This document shows, in pieces, positions 31,933 through 44,303 of a DNA stretch of 64,000 nucleotides. This DNA is from Gammaproteobacteria bacterium (GTDB taxonomy: Bacteria; Pseudomonadota; Gammaproteobacteria; Steroidobacterales; Rariloculaceae). A program made the translations under genes and the position numbers. The DNA lies in assembly GCA_050485545.1 (NCBI GenBank), contig JBJHBP010000004.1, forward strand, positions 256 to 64,255. Direction: 5' to 3'. Every line of letters starts with the position of its first letter. Position 1 is the first letter of the stretch. A model generated the notes under the pieces. The model worked only from the letters and a program-made list of their open reading frames with translations. It was not told the DNA's origin and ran no database searches.

Positions 31933-32817
31933 GTGCAGCAGCGCGAACTCCAGTTGCAGCTGAGTGCGTCGCGGATACCCGCGGCCGAAGTCCTGCTGGA
32001 ACTGGCGGGTGCGGAGGTGGTGTCGCTCAGCGACGCCGGCGACGACGCGCTGCTGGAGCCGGCCCCCGGACAGACACCACTTTGGCAACAGGTGCGCGTC
32101 CGCGCGCTGTTCGACGCGGATCTCGACGTCGAACCGGTGCTGCGGGCGCTGCGCGAACATTTTCCGGACGCATCGCACCTGTCCACGCGCATGCTGGAAG
32201 CGCACGAACTCGCTCCGCACCCCGAACCTGTGGCGGCCCGCCGTTTCGGACGCCGGCTTACGGTGGTTGCGGCCGACCAGGACTGCCGCGATGCCGTCAT
32301 ACCCGTGAGACTCAGCATGGGCCTCGCATTCGGCACCGGCGCTCATCCCACGACCGCGCTTTGCCTCGAGTGGCTGGATGCGCACCTGATGCCCGGCAGC
32401 CGCGTGATCGACTACGGTTGCGGTTCCGGCGTGCTCGCGCTGGCCGCGCTGGCTCTTGGCGCACGCCACGTGCTGGCCGTCGACAACGAACCGCAGGCGC
32501 TGATCGCCACACGCGACAATGCACGCCTGAACAATCGCGACGCAGATTTGTGGACAGGCGCACCCGAAGTGCTCGCCGCCGTGCTGGCAGGCCAACCGCC
32601 TCCGGACCTGATCATCGCCAACATTCTCGCCCGCCCGCTGATGGACCTGGCCGGTTCGTTCGCCACCTGGCTGCAACCGGGTGGGCGTGTCGTACTGAGC
32701 GGCGTACTCGAGACGCAGCTGGATGCGCTGGAAGACGCCTATCGACCGTGGTTCGAGCCGGTCAGCCGCGTTACGCGGGACGAATGGGTGCTGTTCGAGG
32801 CACAATCTCTGACTTGA
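31933..32817 (+). CDS. prmA: Ribosomal protein L11 methyltransferase
   Basis: GLAFGTGAHPTTALCL, DYGCGSGVL, ANILA. Confidence 0.95.
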   Translation: MQQRELQLQLSASRIPAAEVLLELAGAEVVSLSDAGDDALLEPAPGQTPLWQQVRVRALFDADLDVEPVLRALREHFPDASHLSTRMLEAHELAPHPEPVAARRFGRRLTVVAADQDCRDAVIPVRLSMGLAFGTGAHPTTALCLEWLDAHLMPGSRVIDYGCGSGVLALAALALGARHVLAVDNEPQALIATRDNARLNNRDADLWTGAPEVLAAVLAGQPPPDLIIANILARPLMDLAGSFATWLQPGGRVVLSGVLETQLDALEDAYRPWFEPVSRVTRDEWVLFEAQSLT

Positions 32818-32852
32818 TCGTTCACTGACCTGTTATCGCGCAGGATGCCGAC

Positions 32853-34205
<1,353 letters not shown>

Positions 34206-34478
34206 GGCGCTAACGCCGGCAGTCGTCGCTCAGCAGACTTCACTCGATTGGCAGTGAATGACGACGTTTCTTTCGTGCTATCATCTGCGCCGCAAAGTCA
34301 GCGACGTCGATGGCACAGGTGCAAGGGGACGGCACCGATTCACATTTCGTCGCCTGCCGATTCCAAAGCTGGTCACAGCGGTGGCCGAAAAGGTTGCAGA
34401 CGCAGCTTCACGGCAGTGAATCGTTTTGACTTTCAAAAAATCGGCACACTCTGAACGCGCGTTCGAGGGGGCAACGCA

Positions 34479-34820
34479 GTGGCTGCGAAGTCGAGCAGAA
34501 AGCGAACACCAGGCAGGAAAAAGACGGCCAGTCGAAAGAGAGTGAGCAGAAGCGCCGCTCCCGAATCCAACCTGGTCGGCCCGCGCAACAAACCTTTGAG
34601 CAAGCTCACCGATGATGCCCTGCGCGGTTACTTCGCGAGCCTGAACGGACACAAGCCCTGCGATCTTTATCAGCTGGTGATGGGTGAAGTCGAAAAGCCG
34701 CTGTTTCGCGCGGTGCTCGGCTATACCAGAGGCAATCAGAGCGAAGCGGCCGAAATTCTCGGCATCAATCGCGGTACGCTGCGTCGCAAGATCAAGGCGT
34801 ACGCGCTCAACGATGAGTAA
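34479..34820 (+). CDS. fis: DNA-binding protein Fis
   Basis: LYQLVMGEVEKPL, RGNQSEAAEILGINRGTLRRKIK; upstream of purH. Confidence 0.93.
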   Translation: MAAKSSRKRTPGRKKTASRKRVSRSAAPESNLVGPRNKPLSKLTDDALRGYFASLNGHKPCDLYQLVMGEVEKPLFRAVLGYTRGNQSEAAEILGINRGTLRRKIKAYALNDE

Positions 34821-34856
34821 GCAGACGCGATTGAACTACACGCGAGTGAACTTCAG

Positions 34857-36437
34857 ATGAGCACCCGCCGACGCGCCCTGTTGAGCGTCTCCGACAAAAC
34901 CGGCCTGACTGAATTCGCACAGGGACTGGTGCGCCAGGGCTTTGAACTGGTGTCCACCGGTGGCACGGCGCGAATCCTGCGAGAAGCGGGCCTTGAAGTC
35001 GTCGGCGTTTCCGACCTCACAGGCTTTCCCGAAATGATGGACGGTCGGGTCAAGACCCTGCATCCGGCGGTGCACGGCGCTCTGCTGGCACGCCGGGACG
35101 TGGACGATGAGGCCATGGCCGAGCATGGCATCCAGCCGATCGACGTCATCGCCGTCAATCTCTACCCGTTTCGGAAAACCATCGCCAATCCGGATGCCAC
35201 GCTGGCCGATGCCATCGAGAACATCGATGTGGGCGGCCCGGCCATGATTCGTGCCGCAGCCAAGAATCACGACCGTGTCACTGTCATCGTCGACAGCGGT
35301 GACTATCCCGCCGTGCTTGCCGCCCTGGAACAGGGCGGCCCTGACGCCGTCACACGACGCAGGCTTGCCGCCAGGGCCTACGCCCATACGTCGTCCTACG
35401 ATGCCGCGATCAGCGCTTATCTGTCGGCTGCCGCGACGGCCGACCCGTCACCTGCTGGCGGTCGGCGCGGCGACGCTCCCTTTCCGACCGACCTGTCCAT
35501 TACGCTCACCGGCGGTGAATTACTGCGCTACGGCGAGAACCCGCATCAGCAGGGCGCAGTCTATCGCCTGCCCGGAGACATCGCCGGAACGCTGCCGGCA
35601 GCGCGGCAGCATCAGGGCAAACCGCTGTCCTACAACAACTACGCCGATGCCGATGCCGCGCTTGAGTGCGCACGGGCGCTGGATGGCACGGCCGTGGTGA
35701 TCGTGAAACATGGCAATCCCTGTGGTGCGGCGCAGGCCGACTCACTGCATGACGCCTATCTCAGCGCCTACAGCACCGACCCGACCTCGGCGTTCGGCGG
35801 CGTAATTGCATTCAACCGGCCAGTCGGAGGCGACGCCGCGCAGGCAATCGTCGAGCGTCAGTTCGCCGAAGTGATTGTAGCGCCCGGCTTTTCGGACGAC
35901 GCCCTGAAGACATTCACAACCAGGCCGGGCATCCGGATTCTGGAAGTGGATGCCCGACCTGCGCCTGCCAACGCGCCGGTCCTGCGCAGCATCGCCGGAG
36001 GCGTTCTGGTTCAGGACTGCGATACCGGCAGTCTGGATCAGGTTGTTCTGCGCACGGTCACACGTCGCGCACCCACAGAACAGGAACTCGCCGATCTGCG
36101 ATTCGCATGGATCCTGGCGAAGTATGTGAAATCCAATGCCATCGTCTATGCGGCCGGTAGCAGAACGCTGGGTATCGGCGCCGGCCAGATGAGCCGCGTC
36201 GTGAGTTCACGTATTGCCGCGCTGAAGGCGGCCGACGAAGGAATTTCGCTGGCCGGCTGCGTCATGGCATCGGATGCTTTTTTCCCGTTTCGCGATGGCC
36301 TGGATACCGCCGCCGAACACGGCATCCGCGCCGTCATCCAGCCCGGCGGTTCGCTGCGCGACGATGAGGTCATCAAGGCCGCCGATGAGCACGACATGGC
36401 AATGGTGCTCACCGGCATGCGACATTTCCGGCACTGA
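34857..36437 (+). CDS. purH: AICAR transformylase / IMP cyclohydrolase
   Basis: [45 protein letters not shown]. Confidence 0.98.
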   Translation: MSTRRRALLSVSDKTGLTEFAQGLVRQGFELVSTGGTARILREAGLEVVGVSDLTGFPEMMDGRVKTLHPAVHGALLARRDVDDEAMAEHGIQPIDVIAVNLYPFRKTIANPDATLADAIENIDVGGPAMIRAAAKNHDRVTVIVDSGDYPAVLAALEQGGPDAVTRRRLAARAYAHTSSYDAAISAYLSAAATADPSPAGGRRGDAPFPTDLSITLTGGELLRYGENPHQQGAVYRLPGDIAGTLPAARQHQGKPLSYNNYADADAALECARALDGTAVVIVKHGNPCGAAQADSLHDAYLSAYSTDPTSAFGGVIAFNRPVGGDAAQAIVERQFAEVIVAPGFSDDALKTFTTRPGIRILEVDARPAPANAPVLRSIAGGVLVQDCDTGSLDQVVLRTVTRRAPTEQELADLRFAWILAKYVKSNAIVYAAGSRTLGIGAGQMSRVVSSRIAALKAADEGISLAGCVMASDAFFPFRDGLDTAAEHGIRAVIQPGGSLRDDEVIKAADEHDMAMVLTGMRHFRH

Positions 36438-36457
36438 CACCGGGATGGCAGCGTAAC

Positions 36458-37786
36458 GTGCACGGGAATCCCCTAAAAATACTGATCGTCGGCGGCGGGG
36501 GCCGCGAGCATGCCCTGGCCTATCGGATGGCAACGTCGCCCATTGTCGACGAGGTCATCGTGGCTCCGGGCAATGCCGGCACCGCAACCGAGCCGCGCGT
36601 ACGCAACGTCGCCGTGGCTGCCACCGATGTCGATGGCCTGGTTGCACTGGCACAGCGAGAGGCCGTGGATCTCACCGTCGTCGGCCCCGAACAGCCGCTG
36701 GTCGCCGGCATCGTCGACAGCTTCAAGGCACATGGTCTGGCCTGTTTCGGACCGGTTGCGGCTGCTGCGAGACTGGAAGGCTCCAAGGCATTCGCGAAGG
36801 CGTTCCTGACGCGGCATGGTATCCCGACCGCCGCCTACGCTCGTTTCGACAGCCTGCAGCCGGCGCTCGACTACGTGTGCGCCAAGGGGACGCCGATCGT
36901 CATCAAGGCGGACGGGCTGGCAGCCGGCAAGGGCGTGACTGTCGCGGCAACGCCGGCGGAAGCCGAGCGCGCGCTGCGCGACATACTCGAGGCGGGCGCC
37001 TTCGGCGCTGCTGGTGCCGAGGTTGTGATCGAAGCCTTCCTGGAGGGCGAGGAAGCGAGCTTCATCGCGCTGGTGGATGGGACGGACATCCTGCCATTGG
37101 CCAGCTCGCAGGATCACAAGGCCCGGGACGAAGGTGACCGGGGGCCCAATACCGGCGGCATGGGCGCCTACTCCCCCGCGCCCGTGGTCACGGACGCCGT
37201 GCACCAGCGTGTCATGGATGAGATCATGATCCCTACCGTCAGGGGCCTGGCCAGCGATGGCATTCCGTATCGTGGCTTTCTCTATGCCGGCCTGATGATC
37301 GACGCTGCAGGCAATCCCAGTGTGGTGGAATTCAACTGCCGGCTGGGCGACCCCGAGACTCAGCCCATTCTGTGCCGTCTGAAGTCCGACCTGGTACTAC
37401 TGCTGCTGGCCGGCATGGAAGGCAAGCTCGGCTCGACCACCGTTGAATGGGATGCCAGGACGGCGATCGGTGTGGTGCTCGCAAGTGGTGGCTATCCCGG
37501 CACCTACCGCAGCGGCGACGCGATACACGGTCTGGCAGGGATTGATGATCCATCAGTGAAGGTATTCCACGCCGGCACGCGTCAGGACGAACAGGGACGC
37601 ATACTGACCGACGGTGGCAGGGTGCTGTGCGCCGTCGGCCTGGGCGACACGATAGGCGACGCCCGCGACCGGGTGTACCAATCGATAACCGGCATCAGTT
37701 GGGATGGCATGTTCTTTCGCCGCGATATCGGCCATCGGGCGCTCGCCCGCGAACAGCGCGGTCAGGACAGCGGGCGGCAGACCTGA
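36458..37786 (+). CDS. purD: Phosphoribosylamine-glycine ligase
   Basis: [42 protein letters not shown]. Confidence 0.98.
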   Translation: MHGNPLKILIVGGGGREHALAYRMATSPIVDEVIVAPGNAGTATEPRVRNVAVAATDVDGLVALAQREAVDLTVVGPEQPLVAGIVDSFKAHGLACFGPVAAAARLEGSKAFAKAFLTRHGIPTAAYARFDSLQPALDYVCAKGTPIVIKADGLAAGKGVTVAATPAEAERALRDILEAGAFGAAGAEVVIEAFLEGEEASFIALVDGTDILPLASSQDHKARDEGDRGPNTGGMGAYSPAPVVTDAVHQRVMDEIMIPTVRGLASDGIPYRGFLYAGLMIDAAGNPSVVEFNCRLGDPETQPILCRLKSDLVLLLLAGMEGKLGSTTVEWDARTAIGVVLASGGYPGTYRSGDAIHGLAGIDDPSVKVFHAGTRQDEQGRILTDGGRVLCAVGLGDTIGDARDRVYQSITGISWDGMFFRRDIGHRALAREQRGQDSGRQT

Positions 37787-37864
37787 GACCTGCCGCAGAA
37801 TCTGGAGCGGATGCGTACTCCGCCGGCAGATTGCCGGCGGGCCTCGAAATTCAGCGCCCTGTCG

Positions 37865-39292
37865 TCAGCGCTTCATCGCCTCAAAGAAATCGGAGTTGGT
37901 CTTGGTGTCCTGCATCTTGCTGAGCAGGAACTCAATGGCCGCCAGTTCATCCATGGAATGCAGAACCTTGCGCAACACCCACATCTTCTGCAGCTCGTCC
38001 GGCGACGTCAGCAGCTCTTCCTTGCGGGTACCGGAGCGGTTGATGTTGATGGACGGGAAAACGCGTTTTTCGGCGATGCGGCGATCCAGATGGATTTCCA
38101 TGTTGCCGGTGCCCTTGAACTCCTCGTAGATCACGTCATCCATCTTCGAGCCGGTATCGACCAGCGACGTGGCGATGATCGTCAGGCTGCCACCCTCCTC
38201 GATATTGCGTGCGGCACCGAAAAAACGCTTCGGACGTTGCAGCGCATTCGCGTCCACACCGCCTGTGAGCACCTTGCCGGATGACGGCACGACGGTGTTG
38301 TACGCACGTGCGAGACGGGTGATCGAGTCGAGCAGGATGACGACATCGTGTTTGTGCTCGGTAAGCCGCTTGGCCTTCTCGATGACCATCTCGGCAACCT
38401 GCACGTGGCGCGTGGCCGGCTCATCGAAGGTGCTGGAAACCACTTCGCCGCGCACGGTGCGCTCCATCTCAGTGACTTCTTCGGGCCGCTCGTCAATCAG
38501 CAGCACGATCAGCATGCAGTCGGGATGGTTCGAAGCGATGGCTGCAGCGATGTTCTGCAGCAGCATGGTCTTGCCGGCTTTCGGCGGTGAAACGATCAGT
38601 CCGCGCTGACCCTTGCCGATGGGAGCGACCATGTCGATGATTCGCGCAGTGAGATCCTCGGTGCTGCCATTACCCTGTTCCAGCTTCAGTCTTTCTCTGG
38701 GGAACAGCGGCGTAAGGTTCTCGAAGAGCACCTTGCTCTTGGCGTTTTCCGGCGCTTCGTGGTTGATCTGCCCCACCTTGAGCAGCGCGAAGTAGCGCTC
38801 TCCGTCCTTCGGTGGACGGATCAGACCGGACACCGTGTCACCGGTGCGCAGGTTGAAGCGGCGGATCTGACTTGGGGAGACGTAGATGTCGTCGGGGCCG
38901 GCAAGGTATGAACTGTCCGACGAGCGCAGGAAGCCGAAGCCGTCCTGAAGGATTTCCAGTACGCCCTCGCCGAAGATGTTTTCTCCGTTCCTGGCGTGTG
39001 CCTTCAGGATGGAGAAGATGATGTCCTGCTTGCGGGAGCGGGCGAGGTTTTCCAGCCCCATGGACTCACCGAGCTCGACCAGTTCGGAAGCCGGCCGCAT
39101 TTTCAGTTCGGCCAGGTTCATCGCGTTCCGGGACAACTCGAGTTCGGCCGCGGGAATCACATCAAGATCCTCATCGTCCGGATACTCCTCTCGTCCTGAT
39201 TTCTTGCGCCGCGAGGAACGCTTGCCGTTACCGCCTTCACGTGGCTGCTGACGCGGACCATTCTTGGAACGCGTGCGTGCTGAGTTACCCAA
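37865..39292 (-). CDS. rho: Transcription termination factor Rho with an N-terminal extension
   Basis: [41 protein letters not shown]; probable TTG start at 39292 preceded by GAGGGG. Confidence 0.97.
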   Translation of the reverse strand: MGNSARTRSKNGPRQQPREGGNGKRSSRRKKSGREEYPDDEDLDVIPAAELELSRNAMNLAELKMRPASELVELGESMGLENLARSRKQDIIFSILKAHARNGENIFGEGVLEILQDGFGFLRSSDSSYLAGPDDIYVSPSQIRRFNLRTGDTVSGLIRPPKDGERYFALLKVGQINHEAPENAKSKVLFENLTPLFPRERLKLEQGNGSTEDLTARIIDMVAPIGKGQRGLIVSPPKAGKTMLLQNIAAAIASNHPDCMLIVLLIDERPEEVTEMERTVRGEVVSSTFDEPATRHVQVAEMVIEKAKRLTEHKHDVVILLDSITRLARAYNTVVPSSGKVLTGGVDANALQRPKRFFGAARNIEEGGSLTIIATSLVDTGSKMDDVIYEEFKGTGNMEIHLDRRIAEKRVFPSININRSGTRKEELLTSPDELQKMWVLRKVLHSMDELAAIEFLLSKMQDTKTNSDFFEAMKR

Positions 39293-39348
39293 GAATCCCC
39301 TCACAGGTGTCTACCAGATGTCATCCAATAATTCCTGCCGGCGCCCAT

Positions 39349-39705
39349 TCAGGCACCGGAACCGTTATTCACGGACCGGTCCAGATGAGTGGACAGGAAC
39401 GTTTCGAGCTGTGCCCGGGAGACGGCCCCGACCTGCTGCGCGACAACGGAGCCGTTGTTGAACAGCAACAGAGTCGGGATGCCGCGGATGTTGTATTTCG
39501 GCGGCGTCTGCGGGTTTTCGTCGATGTTGAGCTTGGCGACGCGCAGACGATCCTTGAATCGTTCGGCGATATCGTCGAGCACCGGCGCGATCATCTTGCA
39601 TGGGCCGCACCACTCTGCCCAGAAATCGAGCAGAACAGGCTTGTCGGCCTTGATGACGTCGGATTCAAAGGTGGAATCGGTAGTGTGTACGATCTGATCA
39701 CTCAC
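39349..39705 (-). CDS. trxA: Thioredoxin
   Basis: [22 protein letters not shown]; rhlB-trxA-rho synteny; GTG start. Confidence 0.97.
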   Translation of the reverse strand: MSDQIVHTTDSTFESDVIKADKPVLLDFWAEWCGPCKMIAPVLDDIAERFKDRLRVAKLNIDENPQTPPKYNIRGIPTLLLFNNGSVVAQQVGAVSRAQLETFLSTHLDRSVNNGSGA

Positions 39706-39996
39706 GTAGTTAATCCTTGGATATTCCAGGCTTGGATACTCTGGCCCCCCGGCCACCACCCCGAATAACCGGACCTTCAAGGCCGGACCTGCCGTTTGTC
39801 TGGACCTGCCCCTGCCGGCCATGTCTCAAGCGACTGACGTTAGGGGAAACTCCGCAGGTGACGGTGCCCGGCGGGTCAGGCACAATGTCGCTGCTGGTCG
39901 CTTCCTTGTGAGGCTCGCGGGAGTTCTGTGGAAGTCTGCGCGGGTGAGTACCCTGCTCAATGGCCTATTTTGGACCGCCAACTATGAAATTTGCAA

Positions 39997-41313
39997 GTGT
40001 CAGATACCAATACCGCTAAAGAACCTGAACCGGGCGCCCATCTCAGCGACCTGAAGTTTACCGATCTGCCGCTGTCCGAACCGCTGATGAGCGGCATTCG
40101 TGACGTGGGCTTCACGCTGTGCACCCCGATCCAGAAGAGCACGCTGCCGATCGCGCTGCAGGGTCGCGATGTGGCCGGCCAGGCGCAGACCGGCACCGGC
40201 AAGACCGCCGCCTTCCTGCTGGCACTGTTCCATCATCTGCAGAACACCGCCGCACCCAACAGCAAGCACGGCCCTCGCGCTCTGGTGCTTGCGCCCACCC
40301 GGGAACTGGCGGTACAGATTTACAACGACGCCGTGGTGCTCGGCGCGCATCTGCCGTTCCGGCTCGGTCTTGCCTACGGTGGCACAGACTACGACAAGCA
40401 GCGTCGCGCACTGGAAGAAGGTCTGGACGTACTGATCGGCACGCCCGGGCGCATCATCGACTACTTCAAGCAGGGCGTATTCAGCTTCGAGCGCCTGAAC
40501 GTACTGGTGCTGGACGAAGCGGACCGCATGTTCGACCTGGGATTCATCAAAGACATCCGCTACCTGCTGCGACGCATGCCGCGCCGCGACCGGCGACTCA
40601 ACATGCTGTTCTCGGCGACGCTGTCGCACCGCGTGCTCGAGCTCGCCTACGAGCACATGAACGAGCCCGAGCTGGTACGCATAGAACCTGAGAAAATGAC
40701 GGTCGAACGGACCCGCCAGAGCATCTACTTTCCGTCCAACGACGAAAAGGTACCTCTGCTGATCACGCTGCTGCGCAGGATGGACGCACAGCGAACGATG
40801 GTCTTCGTCAATACGCGCCGCGCCGCCGAGCGGCTCCAGGAAGAGCTCAACGCCAACGACATCAAGGCGGCGGCGCTGTCCGGCGACGTGCCGCAACGCA
40901 AGCGACTGAGCATGCTGCGGGACTTCCAGGCGGGCACCCTGCCGGTGCTGATAGCCACCGACGTAGCTTCGCGTGGCCTGCATGTTGAAGACGTCAGCCA
41001 CGTGTTCAATTTCGATCTGCCGCAGGACCCGGAAGACTACGTGCATCGCATCGGACGTACCTCACGCGCCGGCGCCAGCGGCGATGCCATCAGCTTTGGC
41101 TGTGAGGAATACGTGGTGACGCTGCCGGACATCGAAGCCTATATCGGCCGCAAGATTCCGGTGGAGGCGGTTGCCGCCGAAGACCTGCAGCAGATCAGCC
41201 GCGCGCCTGCCCGCAAGCGCGGTCCGCGGCCTGGCGGGCCAAGATCAGGCGGTGGCCGCTCCGGCGGCAACTCCGGCGGCGCATCGCGCAACCGGTCGCG
41301 CCATCGCGCCTGA
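39997..41313 (+). CDS. rhlB: DEAD-box RNA helicase RhlB
   Basis: [34 protein letters not shown]; divergent from trxA. Confidence 0.93.
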   Translation: MSDTNTAKEPEPGAHLSDLKFTDLPLSEPLMSGIRDVGFTLCTPIQKSTLPIALQGRDVAGQAQTGTGKTAAFLLALFHHLQNTAAPNSKHGPRALVLAPTRELAVQIYNDAVVLGAHLPFRLGLAYGGTDYDKQRRALEEGLDVLIGTPGRIIDYFKQGVFSFERLNVLVLDEADRMFDLGFIKDIRYLLRRMPRRDRRLNMLFSATLSHRVLELAYEHMNEPELVRIEPEKMTVERTRQSIYFPSNDEKVPLLITLLRRMDAQRTMVFVNTRRAAERLQEELNANDIKAAALSGDVPQRKRLSMLRDFQAGTLPVLIATDVASRGLHVEDVSHVFNFDLPQDPEDYVHRIGRTSRAGASGDAISFGCEEYVVTLPDIEAYIGRKIPVEAVAAEDLQQISRAPARKRGPRPGGPRSGGGRSGGNSGGASRNRSRHRA

Positions 41314-41326
41314 GTACGCCGCGCTT

Positions 41327-42022
41327 TCATATCAACTCGCCGATGTTCTCGACTGCCGCAAAGCCGCCGACAGGAATGCCCGGCAGCTGCGAATCCGGTC
41401 GTGCTATCGCGATGGTGTGGCGGATGCCGAAGGCGCGGGCCGCCTCGAGAACCGCGATGCTGTCCTCAACCAGCATCGTGCGTTCGGGGTTCAGCGGATG
41501 CTGTTCGCAGAGGCGCTGCCAGAACGCGCGGCTTTCCTTCGGCACCCGGTAGTCATGCGAGGAGATCACCTCGTCAACCAGGACGTCGAGTCCGGTCTGC
41601 GCGACCTTGACTGCAACCGCGGCCCGATGTGCGTTGGTGACGATTTTCAGCGCCTTGCCGCGTGCGCGCACCGACTGGAGAAACTCGCGCGCGCCCGGAA
41701 GGTAGCGGATGCGGTCGCTCTGCGAATGCTTGAGCAGGGCCAGATCCATGCCCAGCGCCTCACCCCAGTGATCGAGGCAGTACCACTCGAGCTGACCGCG
41801 CAGGGCGTGGGAGCGCTGCATGACTGCCGCGACCGCCTGGTCGACTGTCAGCCCGGAGACGCTGGCATAGCAGGCCGGCACGAGATGCCGCCAGAAGAAA
41901 TTGTCAAAGGCCAGATCGAGCAGCGTGCCGTCCATGTCGACCAGCACCGTATCGATGCGCTCCCAGTCGACGACCACGGGCAACGTGCCCGGGGGGTCTT
42001 GCAACCTGCCACTCATACTCAT
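41327..42022 (-). CDS. yrfG: GMP/IMP nucleotidase YrfG (HAD)
   Basis: DTVLVDMDGTLLDLAFDNFFW, LEWYCLDHW, VTNAH, PKES..FW. Confidence 0.92.
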   Translation of the reverse strand: MSMSGRLQDPPGTLPVVVDWERIDTVLVDMDGTLLDLAFDNFFWRHLVPACYASVSGLTVDQAVAAVMQRSHALRGQLEWYCLDHWGEALGMDLALLKHSQSDRIRYLPGAREFLQSVRARGKALKIVTNAHRAAVAVKVAQTGLDVLVDEVISSHDYRVPKESRAFWQRLCEQHPLNPERTMLVEDSIAVLEAARAFGIRHTIAIARPDSQLPGIPVGGFAAVENIGELI

Positions 42023-42100
42023 GGGACGCAAACCATCCTGCCTGTTCGGCGCAGGCAATCAGCTGCCTGACCCGACTATCATGCTACCGGAGATGCACGA

Positions 42101-42907
42101 ATGACACTGCCGATCGACAGCCGCCTTCTGGACCAGGTCCTGACCGTGGCCCGTGAAGCGGGCGAGGCGATTCTCGCCGTGTACTCGCGGGACTTCGCGG
42201 TTGAGTTCAAGGACGACAGTTCACCGCTGACCGAGGCTGACCGCGCGGCGGATCGGGTCATCAGTGCCGGCCTTGCGCGTATCGATCCGCAGATACCGGT
42301 GCTGTCCGAAGAAACCTTTGATCCACAGGACACGACACGGCTGGACTGGCCACGCTACTGGCTGGTCGACCCGCTGGACGGCACCAGGGAGTTCATCAAA
42401 CGCAACGGTGAGTTCACCGTCAACATCGCTTTGATCGACGGCCACGACGCAGCGCTTGGCGTGGTGCTCGCGCCCGCGACAGGGGTGTGCTACTACGGCG
42501 CGCGCAGTCTCGGCGCGTTCGCGCAGGACGCGGACTCACCGCCGCGCGCCATTGCGGTGTGCCGCGGCGCGCCCGAACCCGTACGTGTTGTCGGCAGCCG
42601 CAGTCATGCCGGCACCACACTGGCCGGCTACCTGCAACGCCTCGGGCCGCACGAAGTCGTATCCATGGGCAGCTCGCTGAAGATCTGTCTGGTGGCGGAA
42701 GGTCGTGCCGACATCTATCCGCGACTGGGCCCGACCAGCGAATGGGACACGGCGGCCGCCCAGGCTGTGCTGGAATGTGCCGGTGGAGTTATGATGGATG
42801 ACGCGGGACGGCCGCTGCAGTACAACACCAAACGCGACATACTCAATCCGCACTTTTTCGCGTACGGCGACCGGAGCCGCGACTGGCTGGGCCCCTTGCG
42901 AAACTAA
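42101..42907 (+). CDS. cysQ: 3'(2'),5'-bisphosphate nucleotidase
   Basis: SPLTEAD, WLVDPLDGTREF, GSSLKIC, EWDTAAAQA. Confidence 0.96.
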   Translation: MTLPIDSRLLDQVLTVAREAGEAILAVYSRDFAVEFKDDSSPLTEADRAADRVISAGLARIDPQIPVLSEETFDPQDTTRLDWPRYWLVDPLDGTREFIKRNGEFTVNIALIDGHDAALGVVLAPATGVCYYGARSLGAFAQDADSPPRAIAVCRGAPEPVRVVGSRSHAGTTLAGYLQRLGPHEVVSMGSSLKICLVAEGRADIYPRLGPTSEWDTAAAQAVLECAGGVMMDDAGRPLQYNTKRDILNPHFFAYGDRSRDWLGPLRN

Positions 42908-42910
42908 CCC

Positions 42911-43126
42911 ATGGACCAGAACGTAGACACAGAAACTTTCCGCAACGCCGATCGGCTGAAGCAGTTGCGCGTCGAACACCAGGATCTGGACCAGGTGATC
43001 AACAGACTCGCCAGCGATCCGCAGGTGGATCAGATCATGCTGCGCCGCCTGAAGAAGCGCAAACTGCTGATCAAGGACCTGATTGCTCACATAGAGAGCG
43101 ATCGCATTCCAGATCTCAACGCCTGA
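42911..43126 (+). CDS. DUF465/YdcH-family small coiled-coil protein
   Basis: LRVEHQDLD..I..L, LRRLKKRKLLIKD, IPDLNA. Confidence 0.9.
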   Translation: MDQNVDTETFRNADRLKQLRVEHQDLDQVINRLASDPQVDQIMLRRLKKRKLLIKDLIAHIESDRIPDLNA

Positions 43127-43145
43127 CCGACTGCGACGGCTTTCC

Positions 43146-44090
43146 ATGGACCTGATTGCTGACATCGGCGCAACCAATTCACGATGTGCCCTGCTGGACG
43201 ACCGGGGGCGCATGCTCGCGGCCGAGGTGTTCCGCAACGTCGACTTCACCGGCGTGGAAGGGCTGCTCAGCATCTATCTCGACCACAGGCGCGCCAGCGA
43301 CAGGCCGCGCCGCGCGGCACTGGCGATCGCCGCGCCCATCGTCGGCGACGAGGTGCGGATGACGAACATCGACTGGCGCTTCTCGCAGCTTCAGTTGCGT
43401 GACAGATTCAGTCTGTCGCGCCTCATGGTGGTCAACGATTTCAGCGCCGTGGCCTGGGCACTGCCGGACATTTCTGCCAACCATCGGCAGCAGATCGGTG
43501 GCGGCACTGAAATCTCGCGATCGACCTTGGCTGCACTGGGCCCGGGATCGGGTCTTGGTGTGGCGAGTCTGGTACCCACCGCCGACACATGGGCACTCGC
43601 CAGCGGCGAGGGTGGCCACGTATCACTGGCTGCCGCCAATGAGGAGGAGGATAGCGTCATCACGCTGCTCCGACAGCAGTTCGGGCACTGCTCCGCGGAA
43701 CGCGTGCTGTCCGGACCCGGCCTCGTCAACCTGCATGCCGCACTCAGTCAGCTGGACGGCCGTGCGCCGGCAAACCGGCCGACGCCTCTCGAGATCACGA
43801 CACTGGCTGCACAGGGAGACCCGCTGGCGCTCAAAGCGGTGGCGATGTTCTTCGATATCCTGGGCACGGTGGCATCGGACCTCGCGCTGACCGTCGGCGC
43901 GCGAGGCGGCGTCTACATCGGAGGCGGCATCGTGCCCAGCCTGCTGACCGCCTTCTCGCGATCGGGCTTCAGGGCTCGCTTCGAGTCCAAGGGCCGCTAC
44001 GGCGCCTACCTGAAAGCGATCCCGACCTTCGTGATCACCGAAAAGCTGCCCGCGCTGCGTGGACTGCGCCGACTGCTGGGCTACCGCTAA
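43146..44090 (+). CDS. glk: Glucokinase
   Basis: ADIGATN, VNDFSA, GPGSGLG, EGGH, SAERVLSGPGL, GGVYIGGGI, FESKGR. Confidence 0.95.
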   Translation: MDLIADIGATNSRCALLDDRGRMLAAEVFRNVDFTGVEGLLSIYLDHRRASDRPRRAALAIAAPIVGDEVRMTNIDWRFSQLQLRDRFSLSRLMVVNDFSAVAWALPDISANHRQQIGGGTEISRSTLAALGPGSGLGVASLVPTADTWALASGEGGHVSLAAANEEEDSVITLLRQQFGHCSAERVLSGPGLVNLHAALSQLDGRAPANRPTPLEITTLAAQGDPLALKAVAMFFDILGTVASDLALTVGARGGVYIGGGIVPSLLTAFSRSGFRARFESKGRYGAYLKAIPTFVITEKLPALRGLRRLLGYR

Positions 44091-44109
44091 ACACCAGCGA
44101 TACGCCGGA

Positions 44110-44303
44110 TCCGGATGATTCATAAACGACGACACCGCCAAAGCCGGGCGGAAGCGGGGCATCCCCCTTTCCCGGGGTGTCCGCGGCCATGGATGGCCGC
44201 GGCCAAGGCGCATGGACGCTCTTCCGCCATCCCCGGGACAAGGGGGATGCCCCGCTTCTGCCCGGCCACCCCAGGCGCAAAGCGTTCATGAATATTCTCC
44301 GGA
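44110..44303. repeat. 194-bp nested-palindrome MITE/REP-like element, copy 2 (inverted relative to copy 1)
   Basis: Aligns without gaps to the reverse complement of 23694-23887, with 17 differences over the first 157 nt (hand count); same central CCGCGGCCAT-GG-ATGGCCGCGG hairpin. Confidence 0.9.

Noticed and set aside
39770-39815. Three GGACCT words in the trxA-rhlB intergenic region
   Set aside because: Too short and irregular to support an array or operator.
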